A stretch of 25,714 nucleotides of DNA from Minisyncoccia bacterium (GCA_041487555.1 JBGPNL010000001.1:1-25714); one strand, 5' to 3'; shown: positions 1 through 14,836, numbered from the stretch's first letter. Numbers and translations are program-made. The notes: generated by a model from the letters alone, not told the origin.

Positions 1-220
<220 letters not shown>

Positions 221-459
221 TTGCACAAACTTCGTGACTCATACGAGTCGTGGGATTTGCTGCGGAGAACCTATCTCGAAAATAGGACGTATGTTTATCT
301 TGAGAGATTTTCGAGCGAAAAGAGTGAATCTTGACGACGGAATACCCACCGGGTATTTCTAGGAGAGATTCGCGCTTTGCAGCCGAAAATAACCAAGAGA
401 AACATATGGATTATTTTCGAGATGGGTTCAAGGTCAATTGGCCATCCCAATGCTGACTT

Positions 460-602
460 GTTTCCCCTTCGTGAGGACCACGGTTCGATTTGCCCAGCGG
501 CAAATCGCCCGTTGCCTCTCGGCAATTCGACCGAAGCACATAAAAATTATGTGCTCGGACCAAGCTCGAATTGCCTCCGAGAGCTCCTCACGAAGGGGAA
601 AC
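460..602. repeat. 143-nt structured element bounded by perfect 18-bp inverted repeats in the 23S-5S spacer
   Basis: GTTTCCCCTTCGTGAGGA (460-477) is the exact reverse complement of TCCTCACGAAGGGGAAAC (585-602). Internal hairpins CGATTTGCC/GGCAAATCG and GGCAATTCGA..AGCACATAA/TTATGTGCT..TCGAATTGCC. Confidence 0.85.
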
Positions 603-626
603 TGCGTTGCGTTTAGAAATTATGGT

Positions 627-655
627 GTTTTTGATTTTTTATAAAAATCAAAAAC
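627..655. repeat. Hairpin upstream of 5S, related to the one at 889-918
   Basis: 13-bp arms GTTTTTGATTTTT / AAAAATCAAAAAC around a 3-nt loop. Confidence 0.75.
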
Positions 656-690
656 GGCCATTTTCAAAACAAGAGATCGAACTTTTATAT

Positions 691-801
691 GCTGGTGTTT
701 CATCCGCATGTGTCCCACCTCATCCCATTCCGAACTGAGAAGTGAAAGCATGCGTAACCAATGATACTAACTTTCGGGTTGGGAAAGTAGGTTATGCCAG
801 C
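691..801 (+). rRNA. rrf: 5S rRNA
   Basis: GCTGG...CCAGC terminal helix; conserved CCCATTCCGAAC..GAAGTGAA and GGGAAAGTAGG motifs; about 111 nt; flanked by a complementary ATCGA..TTTTATA / TATAAGA..TCGAT stem; downstream of 23S. Confidence 0.93.
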
Positions 802-888
802 TTATAAGAGCTCGATACATTTTTTAATTTTCATAGCCGAAAGGCCTAATGAAAATTAAAAAAAGCATCTCACTTTCGAAAATATTGT

Positions 889-918
889 GTTTTTGATTCC
901 GCGAACGGAATCAAAAAC
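889..918. repeat. Hairpin downstream of 5S, related to the one at 627-655
   Basis: 13-bp arms GTTTTTGATTCCG / CGGAATCAAAAAC around a 4-nt loop; shares GTGTTTTTGATT...AATCAAAAAC.GCCAT with the upstream copy. Confidence 0.75.
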
Positions 919-994
919 TGCCATATATGCCGATTTACCGGCCTTTGGCGGGCATCAAAGTGCCGTTTTTTATTTGCAGTGATAGAATAAGCGT

Positions 995-1645
995 ATGGGT
1001 AAAGTTGGCAAATATTTAGTTGCGGTGGTCCCGCTTGTAGTCTCTATCTGCTTCGTTATTCTGAATCAAAACTTGATTACATGGCGTTGCGTAGACCACG
1101 TATTTTATACTGGGAACGGTATAACTACATCATTCAGTATGCCGCTCGAATGCCGATTTATTTATGGACTCGCGCCTTATATATCCCTTTTCCCAATCGC
1201 TGCATTTATATGGTTGCCCTATGGCTTGACGTGGGCAAATCAAAAACTTGCTTGGACTAAATATGTGGTTCTGGGCATTGCCATACTATTGTTTGTTGGT
1301 TCGATTATGATTGGCTTTGGCGGACGATGTCCGCATGGTTGCAGTCGGGATGCGCGGAGAATTTCCGATATCCGCCAGATTCAAGCAGGCCTCGATCTTT
1401 ATCGCGGAGCTAATAATAAATACCCAGCGAAATTAGATGATTTAGGCGGCGTATCTGGTATCAAATATATTCCACAAGATCCTATGACTCAAAAAGCTTA
1501 TGACTACGCGCCGAGCGCCGACCAACAACATTATGTTTTGCGGGCCGTGCTTGAAGATGCTTCAAATCCCGCACTAAAAAGTGGCGTGACTGGCATCGTG
1601 AACGGTCTCGACTGCACGCCACCCGCGTATTGCGTCGCGTTATAA
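995..1645 (+). CDS. Membrane protein with C-terminal type IV pilin / T2SS pseudopilin G-like domain
   Basis: Three hydrophobic segments followed by SRDARRISDIRQIQAGLDLYRGANNKYP and IPQDP...YDY, typical of pilin/GspG-like globular domains; no N-terminal G-F-T-L-x-E prepilin site seen. Confidence 0.7.
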   Translation: MGKVGKYLVAVVPLVVSICFVILNQNLITWRCVDHVFYTGNGITTSFSMPLECRFIYGLAPYISLFPIAAFIWLPYGLTWANQKLAWTKYVVLGIAILLFVGSIMIGFGGRCPHGCSRDARRISDIRQIQAGLDLYRGANNKYPAKLDDLGGVSGIKYIPQDPMTQKAYDYAPSADQQHYVLRAVLEDASNPALKSGVTGIVNGLDCTPPAYCVAL

Positions 1646-1680
1646 TTCGCGGCATTTTGTTTTGTAATCATCTATAATTT

Positions 1681-1705
1681 GGATCCCGGCCTTCGCCGGG
1701 ACGAC
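1681..1705. repeat. REP-like palindrome, copy 1
   Basis: GGATCCCGGCCTTCGCCGGGACGAC; related copies at 3283, 3340, 3808 and 14754. Confidence 0.85.
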
Positions 1706-1725
1706 AACGCTATCGCGTTATCGAA

Positions 1726-1757
1726 TAAAAAACCGACTGCGTTTATGCGCGGTCGGT
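1726..1757 (-). terminator. Intrinsic terminator (minus strand)
   Basis: Stem ACCGAC-TGCG..GCGC-GGTCGGT next to a plus-strand A run (U tract on the minus strand). Confidence 0.6.
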
Positions 1758-1919
1758 CGGATTATTCGTCACGGTCTTTCCCGGAGCTGCATTCAATTTC
1801 GGCATCGGCCATTCTGTGAACTTGAAGCAGTTGTGCTCTGGTCCCATAGGCCCTTGGCAGCAACCACAAATTATTTCCTCGAAAGTTTTTTCGTCGTAAG
1901 TCTTTTTCCATGAATCCAC
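1743..1919 (-). CDS. Putative 58-aa Cys/His-rich small protein (below the ORF-track cutoff)
   Basis: Manual translation from GTG: MDSWKKTYDEKTFEEIICGCCQGPMGPEHNCFKFTEWPMPKLNAAPGKTVTNNPTDRA. GGGGAG lies 5 nt upstream; TTGATA-N16-TACACT promoter at 1985-1958. An alternative 49-aa frame (1762-1911) exists. Confidence 0.4.
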   Translation of the reverse strand: MDSWKKTYDEKTFEEIICGCCQGPMGPEHNCFKFTEWPMPKLNAAPGKTVTNNPTDRA

Positions 1920-2000
1920 TTTATCTCCCCATACTGCTTAAACTAATGCTATTTCCAGTGTAATGAGGCGAGGCCTCTTTATCAACCCCCCCCTGCCTCC

Positions 2001-2414
2001 TTATTCAAAATCGTGCACTTTCTTGCGCCCCGCTTTTTTCTCGCCAACGACTTTTTTGTTCTGGATCCTTGATTCGCGCGAAGAGCGGGGCACTTTCGTA
2101 GGCATTCGTTCGGCGGGCGGCGTGAGCGCTTTGTTCACAAATCGATTCAATTTTTCGACAAGGAGCGATTTATTCTGGCCTTGCGATCGCTCCGATTGTT
2201 CGTAGAGCACGATTTCACCCGTATCGTTTATGCGGTTCGCGAGGGGAGCGTACGCAAAGATCATTCCTTTCTGTTTGCCGTTGAGCGCTTTCGATCCGCG
2301 CACATTCCAGTGGAGCACCGCTTTCGTTTCCACTTTATTCACGTTTTGCCCTCCCGCGCCGCCACTCCTGGCGTAGGTGATAAAATATTCAGATTTGGGA
2401 ATCATAATATGCAT
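2001..2414 (-). CDS. arfB: Alternative ribosome-rescue peptidyl-tRNA hydrolase ArfB (YaeJ family)
   Basis: ARSGGAGGQNVNKVETKA GGQ motif, SERSQGQNK, and a basic C-terminal tail; 137 aa. Confidence 0.92.
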   Translation of the reverse strand: MHIMIPKSEYFITYARSGGAGGQNVNKVETKAVLHWNVRGSKALNGKQKGMIFAYAPLANRINDTGEIVLYEQSERSQGQNKSLLVEKLNRFVNKALTPPAERMPTKVPRSSRESRIQNKKVVGEKKAGRKKVHDFE

Positions 2415-2443
2415 GAACTCAGTTTATCACGTATAATAAGTAT
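2415..2443. promoter_or_regulatory. Back-to-back putative leaderless promoters for arfB and the 2444 gene
   Basis: Plus strand: TATAAT (2432-2437), 6 nt, ATG. Minus strand: TGaTAAACT (2429-2421), 6 nt, ATG. Confidence 0.6.
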
Positions 2444-3211
2444 ATGCCCCGTCGCGTAAAACAGATCATCTATGCCACCTTTTTCTTTTTGTTCTGGTTC
2501 GCCATATTTTTCTTCGGGTACCGCTTCTTCATAAAACAGGCGCCGTCGTGTTTTGACGGTATCCAAAACCAAGGGGAGGCCGATGTCGATTGCGGCGGTC
2601 CGTGCGCCGCGGTGTGCATCCCGCGCGGCATCCGTCCGCTTGAGCTCGTGGACCAGGTGCTCACGATTAATCCCGATCGGTCGCATCTCAGTTTCTTGGC
2701 GCATGTTTCGAATCCCAATCTTACGTTCGCCGGGCGAAGCTTCTCGTACCATTTTTCTTTGTATGATGCGAACGATCAATTAGTGCAATCGTATCCGGGA
2801 ACCTCGTTCATCTACGGCGGCGAGATCAAATATATTTTGATGCCGAACGTTGTGGCTCCTACGGTGCCTTTCGGCAAGGTTGATTTTGGGATCGATGGTC
2901 GGCCGGATTGGGTATCGAGCGATTTATTCCGGAAATCGAGCCAGCTTATCACATCGGGCATCCGTCCGCAGCTTTCAGGGAACGTGATAACGGTTGACGG
3001 GCAGGTGACGAATAACGACACGATTACGTTCTCGCACCTTACCGTTCTTGCCGTATTCAAGGGCAATCTCGGTCAGCCGGATGGCGCTTCGGAGACCGAG
3101 CTTGAGAATCTGGCTCCCAATACGTCGCTGCCATTTTCCATCATCCACCCGAATATCGTGAACGTGAATCTTTCGGCGACGCAGGTGTTTGTGTATGGCG
3201 AAAAACCGTAA
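2444..3211 (+). CDS. Membrane-anchored hypothetical protein with Cys-rich repeat and probable FxLYD-like beta domains
   Basis: N-terminal TM helix; PSCFDGIQNQGEADVDCGGPC disulfide motif; FSLYD and VDGQVTNND..TVLAVFK segments resembling FxLYD/DUF3426-type domains. Confidence 0.7.
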   Translation: MPRRVKQIIYATFFFLFWFAIFFFGYRFFIKQAPSCFDGIQNQGEADVDCGGPCAAVCIPRGIRPLELVDQVLTINPDRSHLSFLAHVSNPNLTFAGRSFSYHFSLYDANDQLVQSYPGTSFIYGGEIKYILMPNVVAPTVPFGKVDFGIDGRPDWVSSDLFRKSSQLITSGIRPQLSGNVITVDGQVTNNDTITFSHLTVLAVFKGNLGQPDGASETELENLAPNTSLPFSIIHPNIVNVNLSATQVFVYGEKP

Positions 3212-3282
3212 GGTTTTTCGCCCGCGGAACTACGCGGACTTAATACGCGCGGAATAACGCGGAAGGAAAATCCGGGCATTTT

Positions 3283-3364
3283 GTCATCCTCCGGTTTAGC
3301 CGGAGGACCCCACGCTTTATAAAAGCGCTTTAGAAGCATGGATCCCCGCCTTCGCGGGGACGAC
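3283..3364. repeat. BIME-like pair of inverted REP-like palindromes
   Basis: GTCATCCTCCGGTTTAGCCGGAGGACC (3283-3309) and GGATCCCCGCCTTCGCGGGGACGAC (3340-3364) in opposite orientation, 30 nt apart. Confidence 0.75.
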
Positions 3365-3384
3365 CGCGCTAAGCGTGGTCGAAT

Positions 3385-3417
3385 AAAAAACCCGTGCGCT
3401 TATGAGGCGGCGGGTTT
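3385..3417 (-). terminator. Intrinsic terminator (minus strand)
   Basis: AAACCCG...CGGGTTT stem with a plus-strand A run, just downstream of the 3438-3785 gene. Confidence 0.55.
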
Positions 3418-3437
3418 GGGTCGGGGTGGATAAATAA

Positions 3438-3785
3438 TCATCGTGGCGTATGAGGGGTGCTGCACACATAGGGTGAGTTCGGGTTGCTCGAAGCCGGGAA
3501 AGAAGGACCGCATGAATATCCTTCGCGGAATCCGTCCTCGTACCAGCCGCGGAGGGAAATCGGAACCGTCTTTGGTATTGGAACCGAAGTGAGTTCCTCG
3601 TTGAAGGCTTGCTTCATGCCAGCATGGTAACCAGCATCATAGATCGCGCCCCAAGCGAAGAAAGAAATAACTCCGAGTATCAGACAAGAAAAAACCAATG
3701 TAGCGAGAATGCGCCCCAGCATTGAAAACCATCCTTTTCCGGAAGAAGCTGCCGGTAATTTAGCACGTCTAAAAATTTTTGTCAA
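3438..3785 (-). CDS. Small single-TM hypothetical protein
   Basis: 115-aa ORF (TTG start; alternative ATG at 3722); one long hydrophobic helix; YDAGYHAG and YEDGFREGY motifs; followed by a terminator. Confidence 0.6.
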   Translation of the reverse strand: MTKIFRRAKLPAASSGKGWFSMLGRILATLVFSCLILGVISFFAWGAIYDAGYHAGMKQAFNEELTSVPIPKTVPISLRGWYEDGFREGYSCGPSFPASSNPNSPYVCSTPHTPR

Positions 3786-3807
3786 ATTGAAAACCTACCG
3801 AAGGTCT

Positions 3808-3833
3808 GGATCCCGGGTCAAGGCCGGGACGAC
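3808..3833. repeat. REP-like palindrome copy
   Basis: GGATCCCGGGTCAAGGCCGGGACGAC. Confidence 0.8.
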
Positions 3834-3926
3834 GAATAATTGTAAATCCCTCGTTTTTGCGCTATTCTATTCATAACTTGATAGCCCAATAGCGCGCAGA
3901 TGGCGCGTTTGGCTCTTTAGTATTTC

Positions 3927-3962
3927 GCTAACGAGCTAACGAGCTAACGAGCTAACGAGCTA
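3927..3962 (+). repeat. Tandem 8-mer (GCTAACGA)x4.5 running into the rodA start codon
   Basis: Direct count: four full units (3927-3958) plus GCTA, whose last A is the A of ATG. Confidence 0.9.
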
Positions 3963-5005
3963 TGTTATCTTTATTTCTTCCCGTCGGAATATTAATCGCC
4001 GCCTCCCTTATTACTCTCTCGAGTATTGCGACGAGTTTATTTTTACTTCAGCTTTTGTGGGTTTTCCTGGGCATCGGTATTCTCGCCCTCTTTTTCTTTT
4101 TCGACTGGCGATTTATTTTAAACTATCGTTGGGTGATCTGGGGGTTATACGCGTTCGTTATTATTCTCCTCATAATTACTTTTATCAAAGCGCCGACGAT
4201 CAGGAATACAAAGAGCTGGCTCGTGTTCGGCTCTATAAATATCCAGCCGGTCGAGCTCGCGAAGATCGCGCTTATTCTGCTCTATGCGAATTATTTCAGC
4301 CGCAGGCATTTGAGCATTGCGCGCTGGAGAAATATTTTAACCTCGTTCCTTTTTTTCGCGATTCCCGCAGGGCTCGTTGCGCTTCAGCCCGATCTTGGTT
4401 CGGCACTTATTCTTTTCGGAATTTGGTTCGGGTTTTTACTCGTCTCCGGGCTTCCGCTGCGGATGGTGGCTGTGACGCTTATCGTGCTTTTGTTTGCCGC
4501 GATATTCATGTGGTTCCACTTCTTAAAGACCTATCAGCGCGAGCGCATCATCGGGGTTTTTTATCCGGAAACGAACGCCCTAAGTATTAATTATAATGTG
4601 GCGCAATCGAAGATCGCGATCGGTTCCGCCGGGTTCTGGGGGAAGGGATATGGCCAGGGATCGCAGATGCAATTGGGTTTTTTGCCCGAACCGTCGAGCG
4701 ATTTCATCCTCGCGGCGCTCATTGAAGAATGGGGGATGGTCGGCGGGCTTGCGGTCATCGCAAGCTTGCTCTTCCTCATCTATCAAATACTCAAAATCGG
4801 TGCCGGAGCAGCGTATAATTTCGAAAAATTCATCTGCCTTGGCACGGTCATGGTTTTTGGGTTACAATTCCTTTTAAACGGCGGCTCCGAGGTCGGGCTT
4901 CTTCCCGTGATCGGGGTAACATTCCCGTTCCTAAGCTACGGCGGGTCGAGCCTTCTCGCTAATTTCTTTCTTCTCTCGATCGTGAATGCCATACGGCGCC
5001 GTTAG
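3962..5005 (+). CDS. rodA: SEDS-family peptidoglycan glycosyltransferase RodA/FtsW
   Basis: Multi-TM 347 aa; SWLVFGSINIQPVELAKI, LQPDLGSA, QSKIAIGSAGFWGKG, LPEPSSDFI and PFLSYGGSS motifs. RodA versus FtsW is not decisive from sequence alone. Confidence 0.85.
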   Translation: MLSLFLPVGILIAASLITLSSIATSLFLLQLLWVFLGIGILALFFFFDWRFILNYRWVIWGLYAFVIILLIITFIKAPTIRNTKSWLVFGSINIQPVELAKIALILLYANYFSRRHLSIARWRNILTSFLFFAIPAGLVALQPDLGSALILFGIWFGFLLVSGLPLRMVAVTLIVLLFAAIFMWFHFLKTYQRERIIGVFYPETNALSINYNVAQSKIAIGSAGFWGKGYGQGSQMQLGFLPEPSSDFILAALIEEWGMVGGLAVIASLLFLIYQILKIGAGAAYNFEKFICLGTVMVFGLQFLLNGGSEVGLLPVIGVTFPFLSYGGSSLLANFFLLSIVNAIRRR

Positions 5006-5038
5006 ACTTATTACGATAAATTGAGCATATAAAAGACC

Positions 5039-6055
5039 ATGCCGGATTTGATCAAAAAATTTTTTGCTTGGATTGACCCGAGCGAGTCGCAAAAAAGGCT
5101 GAAAATCATTTTTATCACGCTCATTATGATCGCGTTCATCCTTGTCTTCGTCCAGGACCTGAAACCGGTCGATGCGCAAGGGGCGGTGCAACAGTTCGCC
5201 AGCTTTGAAATAAAACCGGGAGACGGATTCCGGATGATTGCCGATGCGCTGCAAAAAGCGAATTTGATCCGTTCGCGCTTTGCATTCGAGATGCTCGCAT
5301 TCGGAAGCGGCGTCGCTTCAAAGTTAAAGCCGGGTTTGTATCAGCTGAGCCCGGAGATGTCCTCGGCCGATATAGTGAGCGAATTGGTATCGGGAACGCA
5401 TCATGAAGTTACGGTAACTATTCCCGAAGGCGCATCGGTGTACGACGTTGACAGGATTCTCGCGGATGCGAATGTTATTCCGCCAGGAAGTTTGGTCGCG
5501 ATCAATGCGAGAATGGGAATGGAAGGGACGCTTTTTCCCGATACATACAAATTTTTCACGAGTGGCAGCGTGTTTGATGCGCTTAGAAAGATCGAAGAAA
5601 ATTTTAAAGCAAAAGCCGCTCCATTGCTTGAAGCGGATAAAAAGAATTGGGCGAACAACCTCATCGTCGCGTCGCTCGTGGAAAAAGAAGTTCCGGATCT
5701 CGAAGATCAGAAAATTGTTGCCGGGATCATCAAAAAGAGGATCGAGGCGCACATGCCGCTCCAGATCGACGCCACGGTATGCTATGCGAAGGAGGCGGCG
5801 AGCTATCCTCAGGTCAAAACGTGCTATCCTTTGGCCCCCCTTGACTTTAAAATTGACTCCGATTATAATACTTACTTACATGGTAGTTGGCCGCCGGGAC
5901 CCATTGGAAATCCAGGGATTTCGGCCCTAAACGCGGCTTTACACCCCAAAAGTTCGTCGTATTGGTTTTATCTTTCTGACCCAAAGACGCGTAAGACCAT
6001 ATTTTCGCGAACCCTTGACGAACAAGAACAAAATCGTGTTAAATACTTAAGATAA
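5039..6055 (+). CDS. mltG: Endolytic transglycosylase MltG (YceG family)
   Basis: N-terminal TM; LKPGLY, VTIPEG, EGTLFPDTY, IVASLVEKE, LQIDAT, YNTY..PPGPIGNPG..ALNAALHP motifs. Confidence 0.92.
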   Translation: MPDLIKKFFAWIDPSESQKRLKIIFITLIMIAFILVFVQDLKPVDAQGAVQQFASFEIKPGDGFRMIADALQKANLIRSRFAFEMLAFGSGVASKLKPGLYQLSPEMSSADIVSELVSGTHHEVTVTIPEGASVYDVDRILADANVIPPGSLVAINARMGMEGTLFPDTYKFFTSGSVFDALRKIEENFKAKAAPLLEADKKNWANNLIVASLVEKEVPDLEDQKIVAGIIKKRIEAHMPLQIDATVCYAKEAASYPQVKTCYPLAPLDFKIDSDYNTYLHGSWPPGPIGNPGISALNAALHPKSSSYWFYLSDPKTRKTIFSRTLDEQEQNRVKYLR

Positions 6056-6067
6056 AGCAAATAAAAA

Positions 6068-6106
6068 AGAAAGCCTCTTTGATCCAGAAGAGGACTTTCT
6101 GTTTTT
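6068..6106 (+). terminator. Intrinsic terminator after mltG
   Basis: AGAAAG-CCTCTT...AAGAGG-A-CTTTCT stem followed by GTTTTT. Confidence 0.6.
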
Positions 6107-6207
6107 GTCGTTCGGAGGGATGTTTTCATGCGTGATGCGGGTTCGTGCGAAAAAAAGTGAGTTGTAAGTTTTGTGCGCAGGTTTTAAAAAAACTATAAAA
6201 TTTTTCC

Positions 6208-12948
<6,741 letters not shown>

Positions 12949-12972
12949 TTCGAGTAGACTAACTTGAAACCA

Positions 12973-13407
12973 ATGAACCAAGAAGAATTAAAGGATAAAA
13001 AGCGGTACGAAGTCGCTGTGCTTTTAAAGGCGGAAGAATTCGCACCGGAGGTGGCGAAATTTCTCGAACAGCACGAGGTGGAGATCCGCGAAGCGGGCCC
13101 CTTGAAGAAGATAAACCTTGGCTACCCGATCAAAAAAACCACACAGGCCTACTTCGGATATTTCCACGTCTTGGCGTTGCCCTCATCAATCGCAGCTCTC
13201 GACAAAGATTTCAAAACCCAGCAATCGGTGTTGCGGTCGCTAATTGTGAATGTGCCGAAACAGAAACCCGGCACCTCCGAGGGCTCGCGCGAGCGAAGGC
13301 CGTTCATGAGGAAGCCGATGTCCGTTCCTATGGGTGAAATAAAGCCGCCCAGAAAGCCGTTAAGCAACGAAGCTATTGAGAAGAAGATCGAAGAAATTCT
13401 GCAATAG
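12973..13407 (+). CDS. rpsF: 30S ribosomal protein S6 with C-terminal extension
   Basis: YEVAVLL..KKINLGYPIKK..AYF..SVLRSLIV S6 pattern; precedes ssb. Start may be TTG 12964 or ATG 12973. Confidence 0.88.
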   Translation: MNQEELKDKKRYEVAVLLKAEEFAPEVAKFLEQHEVEIREAGPLKKINLGYPIKKTTQAYFGYFHVLALPSSIAALDKDFKTQQSVLRSLIVNVPKQKPGTSEGSRERRPFMRKPMSVPMGEIKPPRKPLSNEAIEKKIEEILQ

Positions 13408-13457
13408 CGACATGTAAAATGTAAACTGCGACATGGAGTAAAAACTCTGCCTTCTCC

Positions 13458-13486
13458 TTGTCGCATGCCGCATCTTCCATTACACT
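13458..13486 (+). promoter_or_regulatory. Putative sigma70 promoter for leaderless ssb
   Basis: TTGTCG-N17-TACACT, then 7 nt to ATG 13494. Confidence 0.6.
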
Positions 13487-13493
13487 AATTTAT

Positions 13494-14003
13494 ATGAATT
13501 TAAACAAAGTCCTTATTATCGGCCGCGTCACTGCCGATCCGCAATTGCGGAACACCCCGGGCGGAGCAGCCGTTTCTTCTTTTGGCGTGGCGACAAATCG
13601 CACCTGGATGGACAAGAATGGTGCGAAACAGGAAGAAGTAGAATTTCATAACGTGGTGGTTTGGGGCAGGAGCGCCGAGGTGGCGGCCCAATATTTAACA
13701 AAGGGTGCCATGGTACTCATCGAGGGAAGGCTGCAGACGCGCAGCTGGACCGACAAGCAGGGAGGAGCGAGAAAATCGACCGAGATCATCTGTGAGAGGC
13801 TTCAGCTCGGTCCGCGCGCGCAGGGAACCGGTCCACGCCAGGGCGGCGCTCCGGCGGGTTCGACAGGCTCACCGCAAGCAGGCCCGGGCTTTAGCGGAGG
13901 CAAGAAGAACGTTTCCGCGCATAAGGAAGCGGCAGCGGAGGAGCTCCCGACCATCAATGTCGATGAAAGCGAAGAGATTAAACCAGAAGACCTTCCCTTT
14001 TAA
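13494..14003 (+). CDS. ssb: Single-stranded DNA-binding protein
   Basis: MNLNKVLIIGRVTADP, FHNVVVWG, VLIEGRLQTRSW, and acidic DLPF C-terminus. ATG 13494 preferred over the track's 13458 start. Confidence 0.95.
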   Translation: MNLNKVLIIGRVTADPQLRNTPGGAAVSSFGVATNRTWMDKNGAKQEEVEFHNVVVWGRSAEVAAQYLTKGAMVLIEGRLQTRSWTDKQGGARKSTEIICERLQLGPRAQGTGPRQGGAPAGSTGSPQAGPGFSGGKKNVSAHKEAAAEELPTINVDESEEIKPEDLPF

Positions 14004-14113
14004 AATTAAAAGTGAAAGGTTAAATGTAAAAAATGGGGAAACCTAAATACGTTATTGACTTTAAAACCTTTTACCTTTTACCTTTTACCTTTAACATTTA
14101 AACTTTAACTTTC
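14001..14113. repeat. Heptamer tandem repeats between ssb and rplK
   Basis: (ACCTTTT)x~4 at 14066-14092 plus degenerate units; degenerate complementary 7-mers (AAAGGTT, AAATGTA) at 14001-14035. Confidence 0.7.
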
Positions 14114-14118
14114 TTACT

Positions 14119-14544
14119 ATGGCAAAGAAAATAAAAACAGTCATTAAAATTCAGATCCAGGCCGGGAAGGCGACTCCCGCGCCACCGATCGGTACGGCTT
14201 TGGGTCCTCAGGGTATCAATATTCAGGACTTCTGTAAGAAGTTCAATGATGCGACGAAAGACATGACGGGCGATGTCGTTCCCGCGGAAATCACGATCTT
14301 TGAAGACCGCAGCTTCACTTTTATTTTAAAGACTCCGCCCGCTTCGGCGCTCTTGAAGAAAGCCGCAGGTATTGAGAAGGGTGCCGCAAATCCACTGACT
14401 GCGAAAGCAGGCAAGGTTTCACGTGCCGATATCCGCAAGATTGCCGAAAGAAAAATGGCGGATCTGAATACCGATAACATCGAAGCCGCCATGCGGACCA
14501 TCGAGGGCACGGCGAAAAACATGGGCATCGAAGTCAAAGACTAG
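14119..14544 (+). CDS. rplK: 50S ribosomal protein L11
   Basis: [34 protein letters not shown]...[10 protein letters not shown]; 141 aa. Confidence 0.97.
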   Translation: MAKKIKTVIKIQIQAGKATPAPPIGTALGPQGINIQDFCKKFNDATKDMTGDVVPAEITIFEDRSFTFILKTPPASALLKKAAGIEKGAANPLTAKAGKVSRADIRKIAERKMADLNTDNIEAAMRTIEGTAKNMGIEVKD

Positions 14545-14750
14545 ATGCCCATGTTTTTGGGAAGGGGTCGGGAAACGGGAGTTTTCCGTATAGGAAAGTA
14601 TTGAAAACCGAGAGGTTTTCAAGGAGCGAGTTGTGCTGTTCCCGCAGCTCTTGGAGCAAAGCGACTTAGAGATGCGCAATCCCAAGCGTAGCGGGGATAT
14701 AGCGACTCGCGACGAATGATGGGAATAGAAATCAGGGATTAGTTCTACTC

Positions 14751-14778
14751 GTTGTCATCCCGGCGAAGGCCGGGATCC
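14751..14778. repeat. REP-like palindrome copy (inverted)
   Basis: Its reverse complement GGATCCCGGCCTTCGCCGGGATGACAAC matches 1681-1708 at 27/28 nt. Confidence 0.85.
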
Positions 14779-14836
14779 ATGCTTTATAATTTGAATCTTA
14801 TGAGCGTATCGTTGTGAGCGACATTTTTGTTATATA

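Noticed and set aside
295-644. Three short ORFs in the 23S-5S spacer
   Set aside because: They overlap each other and a highly palindromic element, with no recognisable motifs or translation signals; treated as spurious.
2001-2414. Link between the ArfB GGQ motif and the tag's terminal GGQ
   Set aside because: Coincidental: ArfB GGQ is an internal catalytic loop of release-factor type, 17 kb away.
1681-3833. CRISPR array or integron attC interpretation of the palindromic repeats
   Set aside because: Repeats are not regularly spaced with unique 30-40 nt spacers, there are no cas genes or integrase, and attC RYYYAAC/GTTRRRY ends are not evident.
13458-13493. N-terminal extension of ssb given by the ORF track
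   Set aside because: SSB homology begins at MNLNKV, and this stretch fits a -35/-10 promoter.
14545-14750. Possible tRNA or riboswitch after rplK
   Set aside because: No cloverleaf with T-loop (GTTCRA) or recognisable riboswitch consensus; kept only as a structured region.
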